A stretch of DNA of 64,000 bases, taken from Candidatus Eiseniibacteriota bacterium (GTDB taxonomy: Bacteria > Eisenbacteria > RBG-16-71-46 > CAVPCR01). Location of the stretch: positions 352,001 to 416,000 of the forward strand of contig CAVPCR010000001.1 of the NCBI GenBank assembly GCA_963702435.1, in the 5' to 3' direction. Position numbers and translations under genes: made by a program. Of the stretch, positions 10,294-19,431 are shown in pieces. Numbering within the stretch: the stretch's first letter is position 1; every line of letters starts with the position of its first letter. Below the pieces are notes generated by a model that had not been told where the DNA came from, made no database searches, and saw only the letters and a list, made by a program, of their open reading frames with translations.

Positions 10294-11511
10294 TCACGAC
10301 AACCCCACCTCGCGGCCCAGGATGCGCGCGACGAAGCTGGCGCCGCTCTGAGCCGAAGCAACCATCGTGCTGATCTTCTCCCTGACCTGGGCAGTCATTC
10401 CGGTGCGCTCTGCAGCCTTCATCGTGCTCGAGTAGGCAGCCCACACGTCGACGCCGGTGATCTCGTAGCCGCGGCCCTGGACGAGCCAGTGCAGCGCGAG
10501 AAGACCCGCGCCCAGCGCAAAGGCCGGCTCGTCGTCCACGTGGTCCCGCGCGGCGCGGGTGAGGGTCCTGGGGTCACACGGCGTGCGCTCCGCAAGCACG
10601 AGCGCCTCTTGGAAGAGACCGGCATCCTTGGCCGCGGCAAACCACTTGCCATCGTCGCCGTGAGTCGTCTCCACCAGATCGGCAAGAATGTCGCTCGCGC
10701 TCTTGTGCGGGTACTTTCTGGCGACGGCACGGAACGTCGCGAGGTAGGTGCCGCCCCGATTGGCCGTCAGGCCGTAACGGCGATAAGCCTCGTCGACCAT
10801 CCCGGAGGACAGCAGTATCTCCTCGCAGAGCCGGTCGATATCCGAGTCACTGGCCCACGGACCGCGGCTCGCTTCTGCGCAGCGGATGGCCTCAGCTCTC
10901 TTGCCCTGAGCCGCCAGTGCCTTCACCGCCCAGCGTTTGTAGTGCCAGAACCCTTCTGTCTGCAAGACACCGAGCAGCTCGTCGTAGCGATCGGCCGCGT
11001 AGAGCGCGCTCAGACAAGCCGGCGTCCCATGGAAGTGACCACGCAGGTCCTTGTCGTCGCTGAGCGCCATGCGCGTTGTGCCGAGGAGGCGGTCGGCCCA
11101 TTCCGAGGCGAGCTCCTTCGACGCACAGAGCTCGCCCCAGTAGTCAGCGAGCCTTTCGATGTAGGGGATCTCGTCTGCAGCGTGCGCTTCGAAGAGCCGC
11201 TCGAGCCAGGCGGCACGGGTCTTCGGATCGGCCGGCGCGCCGGCGATCACAGGCACAAGCTCCGCGATCGCATTGTTCACCGCGGTGCCGATTGCACCGG
11301 ATGAGCTGTCGACGTTCTCCAGCGCCGGTGAGACCCGCTCGAAGAACGCAACCGCACCTTCGGCGGCGAGCACGGCCTCTTTGCGAGCGATCTTCTTGAT
11401 TTCGCTGACGGCTTGTTTCACCCGCTGGACGGCAGGTTGCGACCTCCAGCCGAACGCGTGCCGGCGGAAACGCGCCTTGAACTCCCACTTGTGCGACTCA
11501 GCCTTCGTCAT
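10294..11511 (-). CDS. conserved alpha-helical hypothetical protein
   Basis: MTKAESHKWEFKARFRRHAFGWRSQPA... about 405 aa with protein-like composition. Confidence 0.7.
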   Translation of the reverse strand: MTKAESHKWEFKARFRRHAFGWRSQPAVQRVKQAVSEIKKIARKEAVLAAEGAVAFFERVSPALENVDSSSGAIGTAVNNAIAELVPVIAGAPADPKTRAAWLERLFEAHAADEIPYIERLADYWGELCASKELASEWADRLLGTTRMALSDDKDLRGHFHGTPACLSALYAADRYDELLGVLQTEGFWHYKRWAVKALAAQGKRAEAIRCAEASRGPWASDSDIDRLCEEILLSSGMVDEAYRRYGLTANRGGTYLATFRAVARKYPHKSASDILADLVETTHGDDGKWFAAAKDAGLFQEALVLAERTPCDPRTLTRAARDHVDDEPAFALGAGLLALHWLVQGRGYEITGVDVWAAYSSTMKAAERTGMTAQVREKISTMVASAQSGASFVARILGREVGLS

Positions 11512-11874
11512 CGTGCTTTGGATGCTGTGGTCTGTGTGTCGGCTCTCACGAGCATGGGACCCAGGTTTCTCACGAGCTTTCCCCCGGTCCCTGAGGGTCG
11601 TGCCATCCGCGTCCGATTGTCCCCACCTTCCGTTCTTCTGTCCAGCGGCGGTGTGGGCGTGATGGCCGCTACCGCCTCCTACGGACTCCCGTACCCGCCC
11701 CGCCTCGCAGACCGGCACATTTGGCTCCCCTTGTTGGACGGTGTACGAACCTTTCTCTTGCTGCGACCGCCTCTTCAGGCCCGCTCCCTGGCGGCGTCAG
11801 CGAATGCGTCCCCCCCTGCCCCCCTCACTACGTGACCCGCCAACAGCCATCCGCCCCCGACCGGCTCCAGAGGC

Positions 11875-14568
11875 TCAGCGTAAGACGACGACAGACCGCT
11901 GATCGTGACCTCCGACCGCTTCAAGGCGAATATAATAGACACCAGCGCCAACCGGTTGACCCTGGCCGTTCAGGGTGTCCCAGGTCACGACTTGTGGACC
12001 AGACTCCATGCTGCTTTCGAAAAGCTCCTGCACCAACCTCCCAGCCACGTCATAGATTCTGACCCTCGCCAAGCCGGTGCCCGGAAGCTCGAATCCGATA
12101 CGAGTCGACTCCCGTACTGGGTTCGGCGCACAAGTGCCGAGCCGCAGATGGCCTCCGGAGCCCGGGATCGAATCAACCACTGCTACAGATCCGCCCTCGC
12201 CAAACACCGAGCGGAGAATGAAGTCCGCATTGTCGCGCAGCGCCCCGCGATCCCAGCGTTGTGGGCGCCCTGATACGAACACGAAATCACCACCTTCAAC
12301 TGCCGCCCGCCATGCGCCGATTCCCAAGTTGTTGCTCGCATCAATGAAGAGGAGAGTTGTCTCTGTTCCGAGAGACTCTGGATAGAAATAGCTGCAATTG
12401 CTTTGATCCCCAATGGCTGTCATATCCCTCAGACCCGGGTAGGTAGCATTCGCGCCATTGAGCACACCCCCACCCCACCAGTCGATCTCCAAGTAGTTCC
12501 TCAGTCCCTCGGTGAAGAAGTCACTCCCCCGTTTTGTCATAAGGAGCATGTTCCCCCCCGCTTGTAGGTAGGACAGGTTCGGCGACTCGAACCAGAGCTC
12601 CAGATCACCGTTCCACGCGTTTCCGATCCAGACGACCGACGAGTACCTGCCCATGATCGGTGCCGGCACTGCTCCATGACCTAGCGGCGCAGGTAGCGTC
12701 CCAGGATAACCACCAGGTGGGGCCGAAAACAGATCCCAGAACGCGATGTCGTGATTTCCCCAGAATGCACGCTGCTCATATGCATCCAGCACCTCGCTGC
12801 CTAAGGCGCCCCAGTCCAGACCGTTCACAAGGAGAATCCCCTGGTCGAACGTCGGGTTCATGATCCCCACCCGCCGCTCACAGAGGATCCACTCCTCTGG
12901 ATCGAGCCGGACATGGACGGGTTCGCGTGCCACGGTCAGCAGATAGTCCTGCGTGGCCTGGCCGTTCTGGAGGACGTGCACCTCGTTACCCCCTTCTGCG
13001 AACACGATCTCCACGTCAATGGGCATGGTGAAGATCTGATTAGTCTGCACTTGGTTGACCCTGAGCTCTACCTCCCAGTTGCCGCCAACGTCCTGGGCGT
13101 CCCACGCATACTCATAAATCGGGAATCCCTCGCCGTATATCCACTGCTGAAAGAACGACCCCAGGCTCTGTCCCGACACGCTCTCCGCAACCCCCCTGAA
13201 GTCCTCGGTCGTGGCTGTACCGCCGCCAAAGGCGGTGTAATAAGTCTGCAGCACCCGAAAGAAGCTAACATCTCCCAACACGTGCCTCAGCATGTGTAGT
13301 ACCCATGACGCCTTGCGATAGGAAAGATCGGGATCGAAGATCGAATTGACATCGCTCGGATCCTCGACGTAGATGGTGCCGGGACCAAAGAACGCGTTGA
13401 GAGACATTCCCTCGTGTAGGGCTTGCTCTCCTTCAGTCTCTTCACGATACAGCGCCTCGCAGTAGGTCGCAAAGCCCTCATTGAGCCAGATGTGATGGAA
13501 GCTCTCGCACGTGACGAAGTCGCCCCACCATTGATGAGCAAGCTCATGCACAATCGTTGATTCCGTCGCACCCCCGCGGATGAATGAGCAGGTTTGGTTC
13601 TCCATCGCTCCACCGGAGACTTGAGCATGACCGTATTTCTCTGCGGTGAACGGGTACTCACCAAACATGTCCGCGAACGTCTCAATCATGCCGACGGTCT
13701 TTCCGTAGAGCTCCTGTACGGCATTGTAATTCTCCGGAGCGACAAAGAACTTGACTTCCATGGAGTCAGCGGGTGCGTAGACATACCAATCGGAAAACTG
13801 GACGTAAGGGTAGATTGCTATAGCGACGAGGTAGGTGGAGATTGGATAACCCTCGTGCCAGTGATGGATGTATTGTGTGCCGGCCGGAGTCACCGACATC
13901 AACGTGCCGTTAGATGCCACCTCGAATCCACCGTCGGCTGTGACATAAATGTCGACCGAATCGGCTTTGTCCGATACCTGGTCCTTGCATGGCCACCACT
14001 CACGGGCTCCATACGGCTCTGACGATGTCCATGTCAGTCGACGACCGTTCCACATATCCCAGGAAAAGTGCCAGCCAGAGGGGTCGCCATGATAGTCAAC
14101 CTCAACGCAAAACACCTCGCCCTGCGTATAGCCCCGATCCAGGGAAATTGTCAGGAGATCATCGACATGGGTGAAGGACACGGTGGTGCCGCCCGACCTT
14201 ACGGCGTTGACGGTCATGTTGGAGGCTAGATCCAGATCCACTTGGTTAATCTCTTGCGCCAAGACTAAGCCTCTCGTGAGCACTGTGGCGGTCAGTTGTC
14301 GAACGGCATGATTCGGACTGAGGTCGAGCCGGTAGTAGACCGCATCCCAATCGAGCTGATTGGCCGACGGCGGGATGTTTCGGATGGCTGCCCGCCTTGG
14401 GCTGGTGCACTTGTGCTCTGCTTCCCAGGCGGGCACGTCCAGGTCCGAGCAGACCTTTGGAGGGGGGCTTTGAGCAGCCCCAGAGGAGTAGGCGGACGTG
14501 CCCCAGAAGGCCGCGAGCAGCATGGCTAGGGCAGGGCCGAACCGCTGCTTGACTGCGCAATGAGTCAT
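11875..14568 (-). CDS. secreted M1-family aminopeptidase with C-terminal FlgD/T9SS-type domain
   Basis: signal peptide; GAMEN; HELAHQWWG...WLNEGFATY; tail PNP...IYDVAGRLV...GVYYIRL. Confidence 0.92.
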   Translation of the reverse strand: MTHCAVKQRFGPALAMLLAAFWGTSAYSSGAAQSPPPKVCSDLDVPAWEAEHKCTSPRRAAIRNIPPSANQLDWDAVYYRLDLSPNHAVRQLTATVLTRGLVLAQEINQVDLDLASNMTVNAVRSGGTTVSFTHVDDLLTISLDRGYTQGEVFCVEVDYHGDPSGWHFSWDMWNGRRLTWTSSEPYGAREWWPCKDQVSDKADSVDIYVTADGGFEVASNGTLMSVTPAGTQYIHHWHEGYPISTYLVAIAIYPYVQFSDWYVYAPADSMEVKFFVAPENYNAVQELYGKTVGMIETFADMFGEYPFTAEKYGHAQVSGGAMENQTCSFIRGGATESTIVHELAHQWWGDFVTCESFHHIWLNEGFATYCEALYREETEGEQALHEGMSLNAFFGPGTIYVEDPSDVNSIFDPDLSYRKASWVLHMLRHVLGDVSFFRVLQTYYTAFGGGTATTEDFRGVAESVSGQSLGSFFQQWIYGEGFPIYEYAWDAQDVGGNWEVELRVNQVQTNQIFTMPIDVEIVFAEGGNEVHVLQNGQATQDYLLTVAREPVHVRLDPEEWILCERRVGIMNPTFDQGILLVNGLDWGALGSEVLDAYEQRAFWGNHDIAFWDLFSAPPGGYPGTLPAPLGHGAVPAPIMGRYSSVVWIGNAWNGDLELWFESPNLSYLQAGGNMLLMTKRGSDFFTEGLRNYLEIDWWGGGVLNGANATYPGLRDMTAIGDQSNCSYFYPESLGTETTLLFIDASNNLGIGAWRAAVEGGDFVFVSGRPQRWDRGALRDNADFILRSVFGEGGSVAVVDSIPGSGGHLRLGTCAPNPVRESTRIGFELPGTGLARVRIYDVAGRLVQELFESSMESGPQVVTWDTLNGQGQPVGAGVYYIRLEAVGGHDQRSVVVLR

Positions 14569-14583
14569 TTGTGTGGTGCCGTT

Positions 14584-15024
14584 CTAGGGATCACACGGGT
14601 GCTGGCCACAGGATGCAGGACAGGTTACGCAAGTCGTCAGAGCCTGGCCCCTGAGAACATTGTCCATGTAAAACAGGACTTTGAACTGCTTCCTGGGGTT
14701 ACCATACTGAAACTCGGAAGCTGGAACGCAGTAATACCATGTTCCATCGTCGCACCAATCGAGTGTGGCGATCTCCTCGTAGGGTCCCGTACAACACTCG
14801 TCACTGGTGGCCTGTAGGACTATGTGATTGAATTCAACGGTGTCATGGTCCCACGTGATTCTCCACGATATATGGGTCTCACTGTGGTTATGAAGGGGGC
14901 AGCCTGGCGTCGGATAGATGCACGCGGCATCGGCCGTAGGGTACCCAGAATCTCCCAACGCACTGCTTGCCATACAGAGCATGATAGTAGCTGACGCAGC
15001 AAGTGTCATCTTCAGTGAGAACAT
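14584..15024 (-). CDS. small Cys-rich secreted protein (unit A)
   Basis: GAGGAG RBS; MFSLKMTLAASATIMLCMASSALG signal peptide; many Cys; AT-richer than host genes; stop 15 nt before the aminopeptidase start. Confidence 0.75.
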   Translation of the reverse strand: MFSLKMTLAASATIMLCMASSALGDSGYPTADAACIYPTPGCPLHNHSETHISWRITWDHDTVEFNHIVLQATSDECCTGPYEEIATLDWCDDGTWYYCVPASEFQYGNPRKQFKVLFYMDNVLRGQALTTCVTCPASCGQHPCDP

Positions 15025-15052
15025 GGCTTCTCCTCGGATTGTCAGCGACGAT

Positions 15053-16367
15053 GGGCCTGTCAACTCTTTTGTGTAAACGGCCGGGATGATCATTGCGGCA
15101 CTCGACCCTCGAAGACGATCGCGAAGTGATTCAGCGCTCGCGACCAGTCCTTCACCGGCCGGCTCCAGCGCTCGGAGGCCTTGCGGATCGCCAGGTAGAG
15201 GACCTTCCGCACCGAATCGGGCGTTGGAAACGCCCCCCGCTTCTTCGTCACCTTGCGGATCGAGGCATTGATCGACTCGATCGCGTTCGTCGTGTAGATC
15301 ACCTTGCGGATCTCCGGGGGGTAGGCGAAGAACGGCGTCACCTGCTCCCAGCGGGACCGCCAGGACTGGCTGATCGAGGGGAAGCGGGCGTCCCACTTGG
15401 CGGCGAAGGCCGCGAGGGCCGCCGCCGCGGCCTCGGCCGTGGGGGCCGTGTAGATCGCCCGCAGGTCGTGGGCCACGAGCTTGCGCTCCTTCCAGCTCAC
15501 GTACTTCAGCGAGTTGCGGATCATGTGCACGATGCAGAGCTGGACCTCTGTCTTCGGGTACAGGGCGCCGATCGCCTCCGGGAACCCCTTGAGCCCGTCG
15601 ACGCAGGCAATCAAGATGTCCTGGACCCCGCGATTCTTGACCTCGGTCAGGATGTTCATCCAGAACTTCGCGCCCTCGCTCTCGCCCACCCACAGCCCGA
15701 GCAGCTCCTTCTGGCCGTCCAGGCCGATCCCCAGCGCCAGGTAGACCGCCTGGGTCTGGACATGGCCGTTGCGCCGCAGCTTCAGGTGGATCGCATCCAG
15801 GTAGACGATCGGGTAGACCGCTTCCAGCGGCCGGCTCTGCCAGGCCTGAACGTCCTCGAGGACCGCGTCGGTGACCGCGGAGATCAACGCCGGCGACACC
15901 TCCACCCCGTAGAGCTCTTGCAGGTGCCCCTGGATGTCGCGGGTGGTCAGGCCGCGAGCGTACAGCGCGATCACCTTCTCGTCGAAACCGGGCAGCCGTC
16001 GTTGCCCCTTCGGGACGAGCTGCGGCTCGAACTCCCCCTTGCGGTCGCGAGGAACCTGGATCGCCAGTTCCCCGGAGTCGCAGAGCACGTGCTTCGGGCT
16101 GGTGCCGTTGCGGGAGTTGCCGCTGTTACGCCCCTCCGGCGCGTGCTTCTCGTAGCCCAGGTGCGCGGTCATCTCGCCGTGCAGGGCACGCTCCACCAAG
16201 CGGCGGGTCAGCTCCTTGAGCAAGCCTCCCTGGCCGAGGATCTCCTCAGGCTTCTTGCCTTTGAGCAGCTCATCGAGCATCTTGTCCACATCGTCGGGCT
16301 GGGCCATGACTGTCCTCCTGTCCAGAGTGTACGTCATGACCGTTTACACAAAGGAGTGTACAGTCCC
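15053..16367 (-). mobile_element. IS256-family insertion sequence
   Basis: 28-bp terminal IRs with 24/28 match (GGGCCTGTCAACTCTTTTGTGTAAACGG); 8-bp target duplication GCGACGAT (15045-15052 and 16368-16375). Confidence 0.93.
15090..16307 (-). CDS. IS256 (Mutator-like) transposase
   Basis: GNSRNG, VPRDRKGEFEP, YPIVYLDA, ACVDGLKG, QLCIVH, IYTTNAIES. Confidence 0.95.
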   Translation of the reverse strand: MAQPDDVDKMLDELLKGKKPEEILGQGGLLKELTRRLVERALHGEMTAHLGYEKHAPEGRNSGNSRNGTSPKHVLCDSGELAIQVPRDRKGEFEPQLVPKGQRRLPGFDEKVIALYARGLTTRDIQGHLQELYGVEVSPALISAVTDAVLEDVQAWQSRPLEAVYPIVYLDAIHLKLRRNGHVQTQAVYLALGIGLDGQKELLGLWVGESEGAKFWMNILTEVKNRGVQDILIACVDGLKGFPEAIGALYPKTEVQLCIVHMIRNSLKYVSWKERKLVAHDLRAIYTAPTAEAAAAALAAFAAKWDARFPSISQSWRSRWEQVTPFFAYPPEIRKVIYTTNAIESINASIRKVTKKRGAFPTPDSVRKVLYLAIRKASERWSRPVKDWSRALNHFAIVFEGRVPQ

Positions 16368-16629
16368 GCGACGATTGACGCCAGCGATTGCGCGATGTTT
16401 GCGCGCCAGGACCGTCGCAGGCGCGGACCAACTCACTCGTGTGATGTGAGATCGTCCGGGATTTCCAAGTACGGAATCGGCCCGGAACCGGGAGCAGAAA
16501 GGTGACGCGTTGCTGCGAAAGGGCTGGCCACCGGACCCTCCACGGTGCGGGCGGGTGCGACTCGGTCGAGCGGGTATCTTGCCTGCCAGCTCGAAAACCC
16601 CGGACGAAGCATGAGAGTGAATGGACCGC

Positions 16630-16790
16630 CTCCTGCTCTGGTCGAGCGTTAGCGGCCTCATCGTCGGGCGGCTTCGCGCCGGGACTCAGTGAGTCGCCGA
16701 GCGGTGAGGTCTGGCCCTGTGGACCTGGCTCGCGCAAGAGCCAAACCACCAAGGTCGAGGATGCTCCTTTCGGCGACCCAGGGCAAGCGC
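16630..16790 (-). promoter_or_regulatory. conserved promoter plus structured leader, copy A
   Basis: -35 TTGCCC (16786-16781), 17 nt, -10 CATCCT (16763-16758); blocks GGCCTCATCGTCGGGCGGCT and GCGGTGAGGTCTGG shared with copies B and C. Confidence 0.7.
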
Positions 16791-17509
16791 AAATCATGGA
16801 GACATGAGATTCCTCAGCAGATGCCTCAACTGGCTATTGCTCTTCGAGTTACATGTTCGATCCTGGCCCGGCGCTTCAGTGAGATGGAAGCCAAAGCTCA
16901 GTGAGATGGAAGCCAAGCCCGGTGCAGCCTTGATCTTCCCCTCGCCGCCAGGGACCTTTGGCTCAGTGCCCGTCATCCCGAGGCGACCCATGCCCTACCT
17001 CTCGCCAGCGACCCTCACTCAAGCAGAACAGAAGGCTCTCCTGCAGGCCACGGCCGGCCACCCGCGAGACCACTTGATCTTCTCCCTCGCCCTCGGCACC
17101 GGGCTCCGCCTCGGCGAGATCGTCGGGTTGAACGTGGCCGACGTGTTCTTCGACGACGGCTCACCGCGCACGCGGGTCCGGCTACGCCGCGAGATCGCGA
17201 AGGGCGGGCGCGCGGGTGACGTATTCGCACCTGATGTGCTGGTGGGCAAGCTCGAGCGGTTCTGGCTCTACAAGCAGGCGCGCCACGAACGACTTGATCC
17301 ATCGGCCCCGCTCTTCTGCAACCAGGGCAGGCGGCGAATCTCGAAGCGTCGGGTCCAGGTCCTCTTCCGCGCGTGGCAGGTCGTCGCCGGGTTCTCGCGG
17401 CTGTATCCCTTCCACAGCTTGCGTCATTATGCCGCGCTCCGGATTATGCCGACTCGACGCAGGAAGCCCGGCGGATCTCGAGTCGGGTGGGCAGCCTGAG
17501 TCGGCATAA

Positions 17510-18505
17510 TCAGAGGCTCCTGAGGAAGGCCAGGAGGTGGTCGTCGGGGCGGTAGCGCCCCACCGGCACGTTGAGCGGTGCAGTCTTGGCGAGAGCCTGC
17601 TCTTTCATCGCGAGACTCGCCTGCAAGTACATCTGAGTTGTTTCGACCGACTCATGACCGAGCCAGAGCGCGATCACCGATCGGTCGACACCGTGCTGCA
17701 GCAGCTCCATGGCGGCGGTGTGCCGGAGCACGTGCGGCGAGACGTGCTTGTGCCGTAGTGACGGGCAGCCGTCTCGTGCCTGTGTCACGTGCTTGGCAAG
17801 CAAATGCTCGACCCCATCGCGGCTGAGTGGACCGCCACGTTGGTTAGGAAACAGCGGATCCGAGGGTTGGCCTTGCCGCTCATGGAGCCATTGGGCTAGT
17901 GCCATCGTGGAGTCACGGCGCAGCGGCGTGCATCGCTCTTTACGTCCCTTCCCGAGGCAACACACGTGGGCACCAGCGCCGAGCACAACGTCCTGACAGC
18001 GCAGGCTGATGAGCTCCGAGACCCGCAGGCCCGTCTGGACCGCGACGAGCAGGAGCGTCCGATCGCGTCGACCATGCCAGGTAGTCTGCGGAGGGGCGAC
18101 GAGGAGGGCGTCGATCTCAGGACGAGTGAGGAACTTGATGGGCCGACGGTCATAGCGCTTGCTGGGCATTGCCAAGACTCGCTGGATCAATGCGCTGTGC
18201 TCGGGCACGGTGAAGGCGGCGAAACGGAAGAATGACCGAATGGCAGCCAGTCGCGTGTTACGGGTTCGTGGGCCGCTGCCGCGAGTCTTCTCCAGGTTGT
18301 CGAGGAAGGCTCCGATGAGCGGCGCATCGATGTCGGTCAGAGCAAGGGCGGAGGGGGTCTTCTTCAACCGCTGCTGCGCGAAGACGAGGAGTAGGTGGAA
18401 CGAATCTCGGTAGCTGGCGATGGTGTGGGGGCTGGCCTGTCGCTGGCGCATGAGACGATCGGTGAAGAAGGTCTCGAGGAGGCTGGCGAGGTTCGGCGTA
18501 GTCAT
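17510..18505 (-). CDS. RIT tyrosine recombinase C
   Basis: MTTPNLASLLETFFTDRL..., TGLRVSEL, GKGRKER, SPHVLRHTAAM, LGHESVETTQMY. Confidence 0.9.
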   Translation of the reverse strand: MTTPNLASLLETFFTDRLMRQRQASPHTIASYRDSFHLLLVFAQQRLKKTPSALALTDIDAPLIGAFLDNLEKTRGSGPRTRNTRLAAIRSFFRFAAFTVPEHSALIQRVLAMPSKRYDRRPIKFLTRPEIDALLVAPPQTTWHGRRDRTLLLVAVQTGLRVSELISLRCQDVVLGAGAHVCCLGKGRKERCTPLRRDSTMALAQWLHERQGQPSDPLFPNQRGGPLSRDGVEHLLAKHVTQARDGCPSLRHKHVSPHVLRHTAAMELLQHGVDRSVIALWLGHESVETTQMYLQASLAMKEQALAKTAPLNVPVGRYRPDDHLLAFLRSL

Positions 18506-19431
18506 GGCTGCCGGCCTCCTTCCTCCAGTCGCGCCGACGCGAGTGCCAGCAGTTCGGGAGTCGCCGAGAGATACCAGTACGTGTCGGTCACATGGACGTG
18601 ACCCAGATAAGTGGCCAGCGTGGGGAGGCGCTGTTCGACGGTCGCGCCCGAACGGTACCAACCGAGCACTGTGCGCACGGCAAAGCTGTGTCGCAGGTCG
18701 TGCAGCCGCGGGCCGCAATGTGCCTTGGGTGCCCGCAGGCCAGTTTGGATCGATAGCTTGACGAACGTCCAGCGCAGGATCCACCACGTCAGGCGGCGGC
18801 CTTGGTCAGAGAGGAAGAAGCTCGGTGTGGGCGGCTTGGGGAAGATCTGATCGCGATGGCGGGCATAACGCTGGAGAACGGCCTGAGTCGACGGATGTAC
18901 CGGAAGCAGTCGGGACTTGCCGAACTTGGCCTGGCGGATGCGAAGGACACCACGCTCGAGGTCCACGTCGTCGCGATCGAGGTTGGTGAGCTCGCCGGCC
19001 CGCATCCCCGTCACCGCCACCAGCCCGAATGCCGTGTGGTAGGTCCAGGGCCGGAGCCCTCTGGTGCTCTGGAGCGTCCAGGCAGCATCGACAAGATGCT
19101 GGATCTCGGTCGGTGTAAAGATGTACGGACGCTGTCTATGATAGTGATAGGGAAGCAGCCCTGCTGGCGGGACCTCGGTGCGGGGGTCTGTAGCACTCCA
19201 GTGCTGCGCGAACTTGCGCACCACCCGCAGGCGGCTTGCCCAGTGGGCTGGCGAGGCGTCTGCAGGCTGCGTGGCCCAGCGCAGGGCAAGATCGTTGGTG
19301 ATGTAGTCCGCTCCCACGCGTTCCATGAAGGAGACGAAGTCCGGGAGCAATCTCCCTCCTTCGGCCATCTTGAACCCGAGGCATCGCCGAAGGCGCAAAT
19401 ACTCATCGACGGCGCTGAGGAGGGTGCTCAT
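18502..19431 (-). CDS. RIT tyrosine recombinase B
   Basis: YLRLRRCLGFK, TGMRAGE, KFGKSRLLP, RLHDLRHSFAV, YLGH, TYWYL. Confidence 0.9.
   Translation of the reverse strand: MSTLLSAVDEYLRLRRCLGFKMAEGGRLLPDFVSFMERVGADYITNDLALRWATQPADASPAHWASRLRVVRKFAQHWSATDPRTEVPPAGLLPYHYHRQRPYIFTPTEIQHLVDAAWTLQSTRGLRPWTYHTAFGLVAVTGMRAGELTNLDRDDVDLERGVLRIRQAKFGKSRLLPVHPSTQAVLQRYARHRDQIFPKPPTPSFFLSDQGRRLTWWILRWTFVKLSIQTGLRAPKAHCGPRLHDLRHSFAVRTVLGWYRSGATVEQRLPTLATYLGHVHVTDTYWYLSATPELLALASARLEEGGRQP

Noticed and set aside
11722..11800. Intact tRNA gene
   Set aside because: No D arm or anticodon arm can be folded; at most a 3' remnant.
14584..15693. 369-aa ORF spanning the IS256 end
   Set aside because: Chance read-through from an alternative IS frame; the real gene starts at 15024 with its own RBS.
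7347..16375. IS21 and IS256 target duplications both end in ACGAT
   Set aside because: Unrelated transposase families and a 5-bp word; most likely coincidence.
16654..16730. c-di-GMP-I riboswitch or hammerhead/HDV ribozyme identity for the leader
   Set aside because: Only fragmentary resemblance (CACAGGGC..ACC, GCGAAGCC); the GNRA/receptor and catalytic cores are absent and the resemblance is not kept in all three copies.
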